Shown: piece after piece, positions 1 to 10,512 of the stretch
Numbering within the stretch: position 1 is the stretch's first letter
Layout: the number at the start of each line of letters is the position of its first letter
DNA from: an uncultured Candidatus Actinomarina sp.
GTDB taxonomy: Bacteria; Actinomycetota; Acidimicrobiia; Actinomarinales; Actinomarinaceae
Reading direction: 5' to 3'
DNA: 64,000 bases
Assembly (NCBI GenBank): GCA_902619825.1
Contig: CACNFT010000001.1
Location: 265,534-329,533, forward strand
The notes under the pieces: generated by a model
Seen by the model: the letters and a program-made list of their open reading frames with translations, nothing else
Databases searched by the model: none
What the model was told of the DNA's origin: nothing
Translations under genes and position numbers: made by a program

Positions 1-494
1 AAGATAAATTTAATTGTTGCATACCTTTTATTTTCACCACCCCATATACCCATTAGAAAATACATAGGTATCAACAATGCCTCAAAAAATATAAATAAGG
101 AGATTAAATCACCTGCTAAAAATACCCCATTTACTGAACCCTGAAGTAACATAATTGATCCAAGAAATCCTTTGCTCGAACCATGGTCTTGGTTTACAGA
201 AAGAATTGATAAAAGTACTAACAAACAATTCAATGAAATTAATAGAAAAGACATTCCAGAAAATCCAATTATTAAATCTATTCCGTAGGCAGTGATCCAA
301 GATATTGAATCTACTACAACAAAGCTTGTCTTTAGGTCTTGATTAATAAACATATAAAGACAGAGGCCTAGTGGAATTAAACTAAGAAAAATGCTTAACG
401 GTCTAAACAGCTCTCCTCTTCTTTTTGGAACCAAAAAAATAAAGATTGAATTAACAATAGGAAGGAGAATAAAACTATAAGCTAAACTTATCAA
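1..494 (-). CDS. nuoM: NADH-quinone oxidoreductase subunit M (complex I, partial; 3' end beyond window start)
   Basis: Manual translation of the minus strand gives an open frame from a TTG at ~494 (TTGA overlap with nuoL stop) down to position 1: ...ILLPIVNSIFIFLVP...GIDLIIGFSGMSFLL...LFIFFEALLIPMYFLMGIWGG..., matching NuoM/ND4 conserved N-terminal helices and the FFxFWExxLxPMYFLIxxWG motif. The track ORF 109..300 is an off-frame artefact inside this gene. Confidence 0.8.
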   Translation of the reverse strand, partial: MISLAYSFILLPIVNSIFIFLVPKRRGELFRPLSIFLSLIPLGLCLYMFINQDLKTSFVVVDSISWITAYGIDLIIGFSGMSFLLISLNCLLVLLSILSVNQDHGSSKGFLGSIMLLQGSVNGVFLAGDLISLFIFFEALLIPMYFLMGIWGGENKRYATIKFI

Positions 495-2380
495 ATTAAT
501 ACTCCTGGTGAAAATAGATATATAACTATGAGTACCAACATAAAAAGACCGAAGTAAACAACATAGTTTCTAACTAATCCTGTTTGAGCTAAAGAAATCT
601 GCTGGGAAGACCTTAAAAATGACTTTGCGACTCCGTTTACAATTCCATCGATAGTCATGTTATCAACTGTAACGGCTACTTTCCTTGATAGAGTTTTTAA
701 GCCCCTGACAAATATTGCATTACCAACTTTGTTTAAGAAAAGAACTTCTTTTGATAAAAGTTTAATCTCACTTAAAAATGGGAGCTTAATTTTAAAATAA
801 GAAAAAATATCAAATATATAAATTAAGTAGGCAAGCCCAAGACCAGAAAAACCAGCACCAATTGACAACACAGCCAATATTGCCAAAGTGATACCTTCGG
901 GAAGATGAGTTACTTCTACACTTTTAAGTGTCTCATCTAAAACTTTTTCTAATCCATGAAAAAAAGGTGTATTAATAAACCCTATAAATATAGAAAATAT
1001 TCCAAGCAAAATTAATGGTCTTGTCATATTTTTTGGAGCTTCATGTATATTTTCAATATCACTAGTTGGTTCTTTCACAAATATTAATAACCAATGTCTT
1101 CCCATATAAAAGGCTGTCATAAATGCAGCTAATAGGGATAAAGCCCAAAATCCATAGTAAATGCCACCTCTAGAAAACACTGATGCAAGTATTTCATCTT
1201 TTGACCAAAATCCTGCCAAAGGAGGAATTCCGGATATAGCTAGTGTCCCTATTCCCATCATTGCAGCTGTGACTGGCATTTTCTTTCTTAATCCCCCCAT
1301 TTTGTATATATTTTGCTCATGATGCATTTCATGAATTACTGCCCCTGCTCCTAGAAACAAAAGTGCTTTAAAAAATGCGTGGGTAACAAGATGAAATATT
1401 GCTGCGACGTATGCTCCAGATCCAATAGCTATAAACATGAATCCAAGCTGTGAAATAGTTGAGTATGCTAAAACTTTTTTTATATCTTTTTGATTTATTG
1501 CAGCAAAAGCTGCAATTAAAGCAGTTAAGAGACCCATACTGATTATTATCAAGCTACTAAGTTCTGAAAATTGTAAAATTGGGGAAATTCTTACAAGCAT
1601 AAATACTCCAGCTGTAACCATTGTCGCCGCATGAATTAATGCACTTGCAGGTGTTGGTCCTTCCATTGCGTCTGGTAACCAGCTAAATAAAGGGAATTGA
1701 GCAGATTTTCCAAAAGCTCCTAAAAGTAAAAATACAATTATCACATCAAGATTTTCAGGTATAGTTTCCAATGATGATTCAAAAATTCTTAAAAAGTTAA
1801 AAGTTTGAAATTCGTTGAGTATCATCATTAGACCTATAAGGAAACCAAAATCCCCGATTCTATTCAAAATAAATGCTTTATTACCAGCTCTAGCAGCTGA
1901 TTTCTTCTCAGACCAAAATGAAATTAAGAGATAGGAACTTAGTCCTACAAGCTCCCAACCAAAAAACATAACTAAGAAATTTCCCGACAGGACAAGAAGT
2001 AACATTGAAAAAACAAAAAAATTAAAATATTCAAAATATTTTGTGTAATTTTCATCTTTACTCATATAAGAAGTTGAGAACAGCTGTATCACAAGACTAA
2101 GACCACAAATCAAAACCATCATAACTCCTGAAAGCCCATCTAAATAAAATTCAAAATTTATTTCTGGATTAGGAAACCATTGAAATAATTCAAACTTTAA
2201 TGGTTTGAATTTATCAAAAAAAATATAACCAAACAAAAAAAAAGATGTTGCTACCGAGAGCATCGCAGCATTTAAAGTAATAAAATTTGTAAGTAATTCA
2301 TTTAAAAATTTACCAATAACTTTTAAAAATAATGACGTAAGAAAAGGAATGAGAATTACGCCTAAGATTAAAATACCCAA
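491..2380 (-). CDS. nuoL: NADH-quinone oxidoreductase subunit L
   Basis: 629 aa polytopic membrane protein; THAFFKALLFLGAG motif typical of NuoL/ND5; sits between nuoK and nuoM. Confidence 0.9.
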   Translation of the reverse strand: MGILILGVILIPFLTSLFLKVIGKFLNELLTNFITLNAAMLSVATSFFLFGYIFFDKFKPLKFELFQWFPNPEINFEFYLDGLSGVMMVLICGLSLVIQLFSTSYMSKDENYTKYFEYFNFFVFSMLLLVLSGNFLVMFFGWELVGLSSYLLISFWSEKKSAARAGNKAFILNRIGDFGFLIGLMMILNEFQTFNFLRIFESSLETIPENLDVIIVFLLLGAFGKSAQFPLFSWLPDAMEGPTPASALIHAATMVTAGVFMLVRISPILQFSELSSLIIISMGLLTALIAAFAAINQKDIKKVLAYSTISQLGFMFIAIGSGAYVAAIFHLVTHAFFKALLFLGAGAVIHEMHHEQNIYKMGGLRKKMPVTAAMMGIGTLAISGIPPLAGFWSKDEILASVFSRGGIYYGFWALSLLAAFMTAFYMGRHWLLIFVKEPTSDIENIHEAPKNMTRPLILLGIFSIFIGFINTPFFHGLEKVLDETLKSVEVTHLPEGITLAILAVLSIGAGFSGLGLAYLIYIFDIFSYFKIKLPFLSEIKLLSKEVLFLNKVGNAIFVRGLKTLSRKVAVTVDNMTIDGIVNGVAKSFLRSSQQISLAQTGLVRNYVVYFGLFMLVLIVIYLFSPGVLI

Positions 2381-2382
2381 AA

Positions 2383-2697
2383 CTACCCCTTAGAGGAACT
2401 TAACATATCAACTGACGCAGATTCTTGCTTTTTAAATATAGAAACAATAATTGCGAGACCCACCACTACCTCTGCAGCAGCAACAACAAGAACAAAAAAA
2501 ACTGCGATTTGTCCATCGACAGATCCAAGATGCTTCGACGCTGTAATAAAAGTTAAATTAACAGCATTTAGCATGAGCTCAATACACATAAACATTATCA
2601 ATGCATTTTTTCTTACCATCATTCCTAAAAAACCTATAGAAAAAAGGATTGCTGAAAGTGTTAGATACCAATCAGATGTTACTTCAATCATTGTCAC
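2383..2697 (-). CDS. nuoK: NADH-quinone oxidoreductase subunit K
   Basis: 104 aa, 3 TM helices, position between nuoJ and nuoL. Confidence 0.85.
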   Translation of the reverse strand: MTMIEVTSDWYLTLSAILFSIGFLGMMVRKNALIMFMCIELMLNAVNLTFITASKHLGSVDGQIAVFFVLVVAAAEVVVGLAIIVSIFKKQESASVDMLSSSKG

Positions 2698-3211
2698 TAC
2701 TTTGTTTAAATTCGTAGGCTAACGCTATAGCTGCAGTTGTAGCGACAATTAATAAAATAGATATTATTTCAAAGGGAAATACCCAAGAAGTGAATAATGC
2801 TGAGGCGAGTATTGCAGGTGTTCCCTCAAGTGAAATTTCTGATTGTGGAAATAATAAATTCCAATTCAATCCATTTTGTAAGCCAATAAAGACGACTACT
2901 GAAACTAATAAAATTAACGTGCCAGAAATTAATAATTTTTGTCCTTTAATTTGTTCTTTAGTTTGTTCGGGTTTATCAACACCAATCATCATGATTACGA
3001 AAAGAAACAACGTCATGACAGCACCAGCATAAACTAACATTTGGACCATCGCTACGAAAGTTGCATTAAGAGTTATGTATAAGATTGCGAGTGAAGTTAA
3101 TGTCAATACCAATCCCATTGCATTATGGACTGGGTTTTTTGCAAATACTACAATTAATGCTCCTAAAATTAACAATGATGCAGGTATCGCAAAAAGTAGT
3201 AATTCTATCAA
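2684..3211 (-). CDS. nuoJ: NADH-quinone oxidoreductase subunit J
   Basis: 175 aa hydrophobic protein, operon position between nuoI and nuoK. Confidence 0.8.
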   Translation of the reverse strand: MIELLLFAIPASLLILGALIVVFAKNPVHNAMGLVLTLTSLAILYITLNATFVAMVQMLVYAGAVMTLFLFVIMMIGVDKPEQTKEQIKGQKLLISGTLILLVSVVVFIGLQNGLNWNLLFPQSEISLEGTPAILASALFTSWVFPFEIISILLIVATTAAIALAYEFKQSSDND

Positions 3212-3212
3212 T

Positions 3213-3875
3213 CTATTCTTCCTCTAAAAATTGACCTTTTTCCGGATCTCTTTTTCCAACTCCCAATGACCCTGTCCAGCTTACTGTATTTTGATAATTG
3301 GGATTACCATTTGATGAGGTTGCTCTCATCCACCCATCTGAAGTTTTTAATTCATTAAAATTAGTTAATAATGTCTGTTTTTCGTGAGTGTTGGGCACGC
3401 CATCATCACCGACTAGTAAAACATCTTTATCAAATACTGCTTCATCACGAGATCCAACACTCATTTCAAACAACGAAGTCATTGTGATAGCTTCTGTTGG
3501 ACATGCTTCAACACATAATGCACAATAAATACATCTAAGCATATTAATTTCATAAATGAACCCATATCTCTCACCTGGACTAATTGGTTGTTCTTCGGGG
3601 TTATCCTCTCCTCTTACGTATATGCATTGTGCAGGACATACGCCAGCACATAACTCACAACCAATACATTTTTCCATTCCATCTTCATATTTATTAAGCA
3701 CATGTCTTCCATGGAATCTTTGTGGTTTTTTTCTAAACTCTTTTGGGTATTTATCAGTTACAGATTTTTTAAATAATTCTTTAAAGGTTACCTTTAAACC
3801 TTTTATTAAATCATATCCTGCGCTCATTATCCTATTAACTCCAAGGTAATCCAAAATCTCTAATGCCAAGAACAA
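3213..3875 (-). CDS. nuoI: NADH-quinone oxidoreductase subunit I (2x[4Fe-4S] ferredoxin)
   Basis: Two CxxCxxCxxxCP motifs (CIGCELCAGVCP, CIYCALCVEACP); actinobacterial-type C-terminal extension. Confidence 0.9.
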   Translation of the reverse strand: MFLALEILDYLGVNRIMSAGYDLIKGLKVTFKELFKKSVTDKYPKEFRKKPQRFHGRHVLNKYEDGMEKCIGCELCAGVCPAQCIYVRGEDNPEEQPISPGERYGFIYEINMLRCIYCALCVEACPTEAITMTSLFEMSVGSRDEAVFDKDVLLVGDDGVPNTHEKQTLLTNFNELKTSDGWMRATSSNGNPNYQNTVSWTGSLGVGKRDPEKGQFLEEE

Positions 3876-4932
3876 TTGCAGAAAGCATTAGCCATATGAG
3901 TGAGATAGGAATAAGTCTTTTCCATCCTAACTCCATTAGTTGGTCATATCTTAATCTAGGCAATGTTGCCCTGATCCAAAAATAAACAAATAATAATCCA
4001 AAAGTTTTTAAACCTAACCATATGGTTGGCATAAGTGCAGATAAAAATTGGGGTAAAACTCCCTCAAAAGTTGGACCCAACCAGCCACCTAAGAAGAACG
4101 TAGCTGTGATTGCACACATATTAAACATATTTATATATTCAGCTAAAAAAAACATTGCAAATCTAAATCCTGAATACTCAGTATGAAAACCTCCAACCAA
4201 TTCTTGTTCTGCTTCCACAAGATCAAATGGAGCTCTATTTACTTCTGCAATTGAGGCTACAAAGAAAATTCCAAATGCTAAAAATTGTGGAAAAATATTC
4301 CAGTTTGGTATGAAGCTTACAATTGAATCAACTATTGGAATTGTGCTTGATAAATTTCCAGCTTGACTTTCAACGATCTTTGTCATTGACATTGATCCTG
4401 AATACAAAATTACAGGTACAAGAGAAAGTCCCATTGCAGCTTCGTAAGATATCATTTGAGCAGATGCTCTTACCCCTCCAAGTAAGGGATACTTTGATCC
4501 AGAAGACCATCCAGCTAAAACAACGCTATATACTGCCAATGAGCTTATCGCTAGAAAGAATAAAACACCTACATTTATATCGGCACCAACCATGTCTATA
4601 AATTTAGTTTCACCACCAAGGGTCAATTCAAAACCTGGACCTAAAGGAATAATCATAAAAATTAAAAAAGATGGAACCAGTGCAATAATTGGAGCTAATA
4701 AATACATGGCTTTATCAGCTTTCATTGGTAAAATTTGTTCCTTTAACAGAAGCTTTATGGCGTCGGCTAGAGTTTGTAAAATTCCAAAAGGACCAGCTCT
4801 ATCAGGGCCCACTCTTGATTGCATTCCTGCTACAACTTTTCTTTCAAGCCAAATAAGAATAATTGTATTTGTAAGCAAAAGACCCAGAACTAAAAGTGGT
4901 TTAATTAGTGCAAGAATTATCTCAGCTGACAT
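3835..4932 (-). CDS. nuoH: NADH-quinone oxidoreductase subunit H
   Basis: 365 aa; APFDLVEAEQELVGGFHTEYSG matches the NuoH/ND1 signature. Confidence 0.9.
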   Translation of the reverse strand: MSAEIILALIKPLLVLGLLLTNTIILIWLERKVVAGMQSRVGPDRAGPFGILQTLADAIKLLLKEQILPMKADKAMYLLAPIIALVPSFLIFMIIPLGPGFELTLGGETKFIDMVGADINVGVLFFLAISSLAVYSVVLAGWSSGSKYPLLGGVRASAQMISYEAAMGLSLVPVILYSGSMSMTKIVESQAGNLSSTIPIVDSIVSFIPNWNIFPQFLAFGIFFVASIAEVNRAPFDLVEAEQELVGGFHTEYSGFRFAMFFLAEYINMFNMCAITATFFLGGWLGPTFEGVLPQFLSALMPTIWLGLKTFGLLFVYFWIRATLPRLRYDQLMELGWKRLIPISLIWLMLSAIVLGIRDFGLPWS

Positions 4933-7252
4933 TTAATTGCTCCCTACTTTTAGCTACCTCGAGCTCAACTTTTTTCTCCGGATTTATATTTTGAAAACCT
5001 CTCCTATTTATTGGTACAACTAAAAGATTGTCTGGAAGGTTATCGTTAATATTTACATTCACCTGAACAGAGATTTCACCCTGTATCAGGGTTACAACGT
5101 CAGAATAAAGCATATAAGAACCAAAGTAGGTAGCCGAATTCATTTCAATAAATCTTTCCGAGCTCAACATAGATATTGAAGGAGAATTTATTTGTGTTGA
5201 GGAGTCCCCATAAAGTCTGTGAACAAATAATATCTCAAGATTTGTCGAATCAACATTTTCGATATTAATGTTGATTGTCTTTGAGTTAAGAACTCCATTT
5301 AGATTAGATGGTTTATTTAGGTTATCAAAGGATGGAATATTGTCTTCATCTAAATAATCTTTACACAATAAAGCATTCAATTGAGTTTCAGAATCATATA
5401 CTTGTTCTAAATTAATTTTTTTTGATAATGTCAGTAAATATTCCCATTCATTCAATGAGGATCCAGGGGGAGGTAAAATTTTATTCTGCATAAGGGTTCT
5501 CATTTCAAGGTTTGTAAATGTTCCTTCCTTTTCCCCAAGTGAAGTTGTTGGAAGAATAATATCCGATAATTCAGTTGTTTCATTTTTAAATAAATCCATA
5601 GATACAACAAAATCAGCATTAACAAGGGAATCTTTTATTTTTAGACTATAAATAGAGTTATTTACTGGATTAGCACCAATAGTAAATACAATATTTCTTT
5701 TACTTATATCAAATTCATTTACAAACTCATTTAGACCTTTAACAAGATTTAAATTTTGTAATGCACCAAATGTATTACCTTTTGAAAAACAATTGAGAAT
5801 TTTTAAATTTGAATTTGCTTCTAAATATTGAATCAATTCTGAAATTGGATTTGTATTTTGTAATGGAGAAGCTTTACCCACGATTGCTATGACCTCTTTA
5901 CCATCTATATGTCTAGAGAAATTTGGTATATCAGATATGTTTACATTAAATTCAAAATTATTTGTTACTATATCTCCACCAAAATATTCTTCTGCAATAT
6001 CTTTAATAGCGGTATTTGTGTGGCCAAATATTAATAATTTCTTTCCATTTCTTACTGCTTGCTTAATTCTTAAATACAAGGTTGGCAGGTTGTCTTTAAT
6101 GTCTTGAGCCCATAAGACTATTGTGTCAGCTGAATCTAAATCTTTAATCTCTGCAAGTGAATGATCCCCATTAAAAAAACCACTATATAAATAATCATCA
6201 CTTAAATAAATATCAATGTTGCCAAATGTATTTTCAACTTTTTTAAGGTTTTCAGCAAAATTATTCAATGCAAAATACTCTTCGTTGGTACTGTTGTGAC
6301 CAACAATAAAGCTTATGTTTGGGTCGCCACCTTTCAATATTTCATTACTTATTAGATCCATAGCTTCATTTATGTTTGGTTTTTTGCTTGAATTTTTAAC
6401 AATTAAAGGTTCTTCAATTCTTTTTTCTGAGTGTAAATATTCAAAGTTATACCTACCTTTGTCTGATAGCCATCCTTGGTTTGTAAACTCATTGTCCTCA
6501 CCTAAAATCCTAAGCATCTTATTTTGTGATACATTTAATTCAATTGAACAACCAACCGAAGAACAATTTGAAGTTGACGATACTTTTTTTAAGTCCCATG
6601 GACGTGCTTTAAATCTATAGGATGTTGATGTAAGAGCACCCACTGGACAAATTTGTACTGTGTTACCTGAGAAATACGATCTAAATGGCTCATCAGGAAA
6701 AGTATTTACTTGTGTCTTATTTCCTCTTTGAATAAATTCAATTAGAGGATCTCCTGATATTTCATCAGAGAATCTAGTGCAACGAGCACATAAAATACAC
6801 CTCTCTCTGTCAAGCAAAATTATTTCAGAAATTGGAATAGGTTTCTCAAAATGTCTTTTATCTTCAACAAATCTTGATTCTCCCGGTCCATATGCCATTG
6901 TTTGGTCTTGTAATGGACATTCTCCCGCTTTATCACAAACTGGACAGTCTAAGGGATGGTTTATTAGTAAAAACTCTAGAACTCCTTCTTGAGCTTTTTT
7001 TACAACTTCAGATTCAGTTTCAACTACTAGATCTTCCGAGACTTTGGTTGTACATGATGGGACAAGGGCTTTACCTCTTGGAGTTTCTATCTCCACTAAG
7101 CACATACGACACATTCCAACAGGATCCATGCGTTTATGCCAGCAAAACCTTGGTATATGAATACCTGAGTCTTCACAAGCCTCAATAATTAGTTGGTCAG
7201 GTTTTGAACTTATTTCAGAACCATTGACATTTATTTTTATTTGATCTGTCAT
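4922..7252 (-). CDS. nuoG: NADH-quinone oxidoreductase subunit G (75 kDa Fe-S subunit)
   Basis: 776 aa; N-terminal 2Fe-2S/4Fe-4S cysteine clusters (CWHKRMDPVGMCRMCLVE, CPVCDKAGEC, CILCARC) followed by a molybdopterin-oxidoreductase-like domain. Confidence 0.9.
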   Translation of the reverse strand: MTDQIKINVNGSEISSKPDQLIIEACEDSGIHIPRFCWHKRMDPVGMCRMCLVEIETPRGKALVPSCTTKVSEDLVVETESEVVKKAQEGVLEFLLINHPLDCPVCDKAGECPLQDQTMAYGPGESRFVEDKRHFEKPIPISEIILLDRERCILCARCTRFSDEISGDPLIEFIQRGNKTQVNTFPDEPFRSYFSGNTVQICPVGALTSTSYRFKARPWDLKKVSSTSNCSSVGCSIELNVSQNKMLRILGEDNEFTNQGWLSDKGRYNFEYLHSEKRIEEPLIVKNSSKKPNINEAMDLISNEILKGGDPNISFIVGHNSTNEEYFALNNFAENLKKVENTFGNIDIYLSDDYLYSGFFNGDHSLAEIKDLDSADTIVLWAQDIKDNLPTLYLRIKQAVRNGKKLLIFGHTNTAIKDIAEEYFGGDIVTNNFEFNVNISDIPNFSRHIDGKEVIAIVGKASPLQNTNPISELIQYLEANSNLKILNCFSKGNTFGALQNLNLVKGLNEFVNEFDISKRNIVFTIGANPVNNSIYSLKIKDSLVNADFVVSMDLFKNETTELSDIILPTTSLGEKEGTFTNLEMRTLMQNKILPPPGSSLNEWEYLLTLSKKINLEQVYDSETQLNALLCKDYLDEDNIPSFDNLNKPSNLNGVLNSKTININIENVDSTNLEILFVHRLYGDSSTQINSPSISMLSSERFIEMNSATYFGSYMLYSDVVTLIQGEISVQVNVNINDNLPDNLLVVPINRRGFQNINPEKKVELEVAKSREQLNVS

Positions 7253-8544
7253 TGTGTGATTGGAATTTTTGTAGGAATCATATTTGTTATTTCATCTGAA
7301 AAATTATTTAGTAACGAAGTTATTGGAGATACAGCTGATGGACCAAGTGGACATATTGTTGTCATTTTTGGTGGCCAATCTAGCCCAGGTGAAATGTTGT
7401 CACAAATATCAATCAACAAACTAATGTCAGAAAGCCTGCCTCTACCACTAGCAATTCTTTCTAAAATCATTTCTAGCCATGTTGTCCCTTCTCTACACGG
7501 AGTACACTGACCACATGATTCATGAGCAAAAAAACTTACGATACTTTTTGCTGCATAAACTAAATTTGTATCTTCATCCATTACAACTACTGCACCCGAA
7601 CCCAGCATTGAACCGGCGTTTGCTACATCATCAATTGTCATTTTTATATCTAACTGATCTCCAGTGAACCATGGTGCTGAAGCTCCCCCAGGAATATAGG
7701 CTTTTACACTTTTATTATTTTTGATTCCGTTTCCGAATGTATCGATAAATTCTCCAAAGCTTTTTCCCATCTCTATTTCAAAATTTCCTGGATTATTTAC
7801 ATGACCTGATAAACTAAATATTCTTGTTCCAGTTGAGCCTTCAACACCAAGTTTTGAATACTCTTTTCCGGAGTTTTGTACTATCCAAGGGACTGAAGAT
7901 ATTGTTTCAACATTATTTACAAGTGTTGGTTTGTTATATAAACCCATTACAGCTGGGAAATAAGGTGGCTTCAATCTTGGCTCACCTCTCTTACCCTCTA
8001 AAGAATTCAATAGAGCTGTTTCCTCACCACATATATATGCACCAGCTCCAAGATGTACAACAACATCTAAAGAGAAATTCGTTCCTAAAATATTATTTCC
8101 CAAATATCCCTTTTCATAAGCTTGCTTGACTGCATCCTGTACTCTTCTTGCAGGTTTTGCATATTCACCTCTTATGTAGATAAAAGCTTTTTTAATGTTT
8201 GACGCAAAACAAGTGATTATTACACCTTCAATTAATTGGTGTGGATCTCTTTCAAGTAAAATTCTGTCTTTAAATGTACCGGGTTCAGATTCGTCTCCAT
8301 TAATTACAAGATATCTGTCTTCATTTTCTGCTAAAAAACCCCATTTTACTCCTGTTGGAAATCCTGCTCCTCCACGACCTCTAATATTTGAATTTTTTAT
8401 TTCATTGATAACATCTTCAGGATTATCTTCTTTTAAAACTTTTTTTAGTGCTCTGTAGCCATTATTTTTCTCATAAGTTTCGATAAGATGACTATCTTCA
8501 GGATATTCACGCATATGCTTTGTCAGTAATAAAGTTTCTTTCAT
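7249..8544 (-). CDS. nuoF: NADH-quinone oxidoreductase subunit F (NADH/FMN-binding)
   Basis: GAGAYICGEETALLNSLEGKRGEPRLKPP and ESCGQCTPCREG signatures. Confidence 0.92.
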   Translation of the reverse strand: MKETLLLTKHMREYPEDSHLIETYEKNNGYRALKKVLKEDNPEDVINEIKNSNIRGRGGAGFPTGVKWGFLAENEDRYLVINGDESEPGTFKDRILLERDPHQLIEGVIITCFASNIKKAFIYIRGEYAKPARRVQDAVKQAYEKGYLGNNILGTNFSLDVVVHLGAGAYICGEETALLNSLEGKRGEPRLKPPYFPAVMGLYNKPTLVNNVETISSVPWIVQNSGKEYSKLGVEGSTGTRIFSLSGHVNNPGNFEIEMGKSFGEFIDTFGNGIKNNKSVKAYIPGGASAPWFTGDQLDIKMTIDDVANAGSMLGSGAVVVMDEDTNLVYAAKSIVSFFAHESCGQCTPCREGTTWLEMILERIASGRGRLSDISLLIDICDNISPGLDWPPKMTTICPLGPSAVSPITSLLNNFSDEITNMIPTKIPITQ

Positions 8545-9158
8545 AAGTTTTTTTCCTTTGCAGTTCCTATATTTTGAAATCCTGGAACAGAATAAGATGA
8601 ACCTGTATTATCTTTAATTGCCCAGTCAAATGATTTTACGCCTCCAAATTTTTCTTGAAGTTCATCGGCTACAACTAATTCTGGTCGTTCTTCTTTAAGC
8701 CATTCACACATTTGGAGTGACTTTTCTGGTGTCAATCCTTCAACTGTTTCATAATTAACTTGTACAGCTGGGGCTCCTCCACAGGCTCCAATACATTCAA
8801 CTTCCTCAAAAGTAAAAACTTTATCATTATCAGTTTCGTAATTTTCTAACCCTGTAAAATTTTTGACAGAATCTATCACGCTTCTTGAATCATTTATTTC
8901 GCAGGAAATTGATTTACATACACTTAATAAATACTTTCCAGTTTGCTCTTCTTTATACATTGAATAAAAAGATGCAACTGACTTTACTTGTACTTCGGTA
9001 ATGCCCACAAGATTGCTTATTTGTATAATTGAATCATTAGATATATAACCATCCTTTTCTTGTGCTAAATATAAAAGTGGCCCGAGAGCAGATCTTTTTT
9101 CAGGATAGAGTTCAATTATTTCATTAGCTTTATCAATCAATTCTTTCTCCCAACTCAT
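8541..9158 (-). CDS. nuoE: NADH-quinone oxidoreductase subunit E (2Fe-2S)
   Basis: CxxxxC...ECIGACGGAP thioredoxin-like 2Fe-2S motif; 205 aa. Confidence 0.88.
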   Translation of the reverse strand: MSWEKELIDKANEIIELYPEKRSALGPLLYLAQEKDGYISNDSIIQISNLVGITEVQVKSVASFYSMYKEEQTGKYLLSVCKSISCEINDSRSVIDSVKNFTGLENYETDNDKVFTFEEVECIGACGGAPAVQVNYETVEGLTPEKSLQMCEWLKEERPELVVADELQEKFGGVKSFDWAIKDNTGSSYSVPGFQNIGTAKEKNL

Positions 9159-10510
9159 CTGTCTACATCTCCTAAGACTGGATCTAAAGATGCTATTGCA
9201 GCGACTGCATCAGCAATTGGGCTATCGGACATTACTACTGGTAAAGCCTGAAGATTGCAAAAGGAAGGCCCTCTAACGTGCATTCTGTAGGGTTTTGATG
9301 AACCGTCCGATACTATAAAGCAACCCAACTCTCCTCGAGGTGACTCAACTGTGGTGTACACTTGTCCTTCTGGAACTTTAAAACCTTCAGTATATATTTT
9401 GAAATGATGAATCAAGGCTTCCATAGACTCATCTAATCTTTTTCTTGGTGGAGGAGTAATTTTTTTATCTTGAATTTTATATGGGCCTTTTGGCATATTT
9501 TCCATAGCTTGCTGAACAATCTTTAAACTTTCAAAAATTTCTAAGACTTTGATTCTCCACCTTGCAAAAACATCTCCTTCTTCGAAAACAGGAATGTCAA
9601 ACTCATACTTATCTATACCTGAATATGGTTGCATTTTTCTTAAGTCCCAAGCATACCCGCTGGCTCTGAGACTTGGTCCAGTAACACCATATGCCAAACA
9701 TTCTTCAGTAGTCAAAATCCCAACATTTTTTAATCTTCCTTGCCAAATTGGATTATCCAAAAGCATTTCATCATAGTCTTTTAGCTTTTCAGGTATAATC
9801 TTTAAAATTTCTTCTACATCTTTTTGCCAATTATCTGGTAAGTCAGCTGCTACACCGCCAGGTCTTATATAGTTATGATTCATTCTTAAACCTGTGGTCT
9901 TCTCAAAAAAATCTAGAATTAATTCTCTTTCTCTAAATCCAAAAATCATCATTGATAATGCCCCAATATCCATTCCACCAGTTGCTAATGCAACAAGATG
10001 TGATGAAATTCGATTTAGTTCTGTCATCAATATTCTTATGGTTGAAGCTCTGTCTGGAACTTCAAGTTCTAGTAGGCTTTCAGTTGCTAGTGAAAAGACA
10101 AGTTCATTGAAAAAAGGTGAGAGATAATCCATTCGAGTGGTGTTGGTAGGTCCTTGAAAGTAATTAAGTTCTTCACCTGTTTTTTCCATTCCAGTATGAA
10201 GATATCCAATTACCGGCTGAACTCTTCTAACTACTTCTCCCTCAAGTTCAACTTGCAATCTTAAGACACCGTGTGTTGATGGATGTTGAGGTCCCATATT
10301 TAATATCATTCTTTCATCATCAGAAATATCATCTTGAATAAAATAATCATCAATAACTTCAGATCCCATCTGGATTTTAGTTGTAGTTTCGTCTTCATCT
10401 TCTAACATTTTTTGGGAACCTTCATCAGTTGATGAAATGTTCCACCCACCTTCTTCGGAGTTGGTAGCCCAAAAGTCTACATCTTTTAAAATTTCGTTAT
10501 TTTCTTCCAC
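9155..10510 (-). CDS. nuoD: NADH-quinone oxidoreductase subunit D (49 kDa subunit) with ~60-aa acidic N-terminal extension
   Basis: MGPQHPSTHGVLRL core start motif preceded by an E/D-rich 60-aa stretch; apparent GTG start overlapping the nuoC stop. Confidence 0.9.
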   Translation of the reverse strand: MEENNEILKDVDFWATNSEEGGWNISSTDEGSQKMLEDEDETTTKIQMGSEVIDDYFIQDDISDDERMILNMGPQHPSTHGVLRLQVELEGEVVRRVQPVIGYLHTGMEKTGEELNYFQGPTNTTRMDYLSPFFNELVFSLATESLLELEVPDRASTIRILMTELNRISSHLVALATGGMDIGALSMMIFGFRERELILDFFEKTTGLRMNHNYIRPGGVAADLPDNWQKDVEEILKIIPEKLKDYDEMLLDNPIWQGRLKNVGILTTEECLAYGVTGPSLRASGYAWDLRKMQPYSGIDKYEFDIPVFEEGDVFARWRIKVLEIFESLKIVQQAMENMPKGPYKIQDKKITPPPRKRLDESMEALIHHFKIYTEGFKVPEGQVYTTVESPRGELGCFIVSDGSSKPYRMHVRGPSFCNLQALPVVMSDSPIADAVAAIASLDPVLGDVDR

Positions 10511-10512
10511 AA

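Noticed and set aside
109-490. Apparent 137-bp non-coding gap between nuoL and nuoM plus a 63-aa ORF (109..300, minus) that looks like a novel small gene or intra-operon element
   Set aside because: Translating the minus strand myself shows one continuous frame from a TTG overlapping the nuoL stop (TTGA) through position 1. It contains canonical NuoM N-terminal helices and the FFEALLIPMYFLMGIWG motif. The 63-aa ORF is an alternative-frame artefact inside nuoM, and the gap does not exist.
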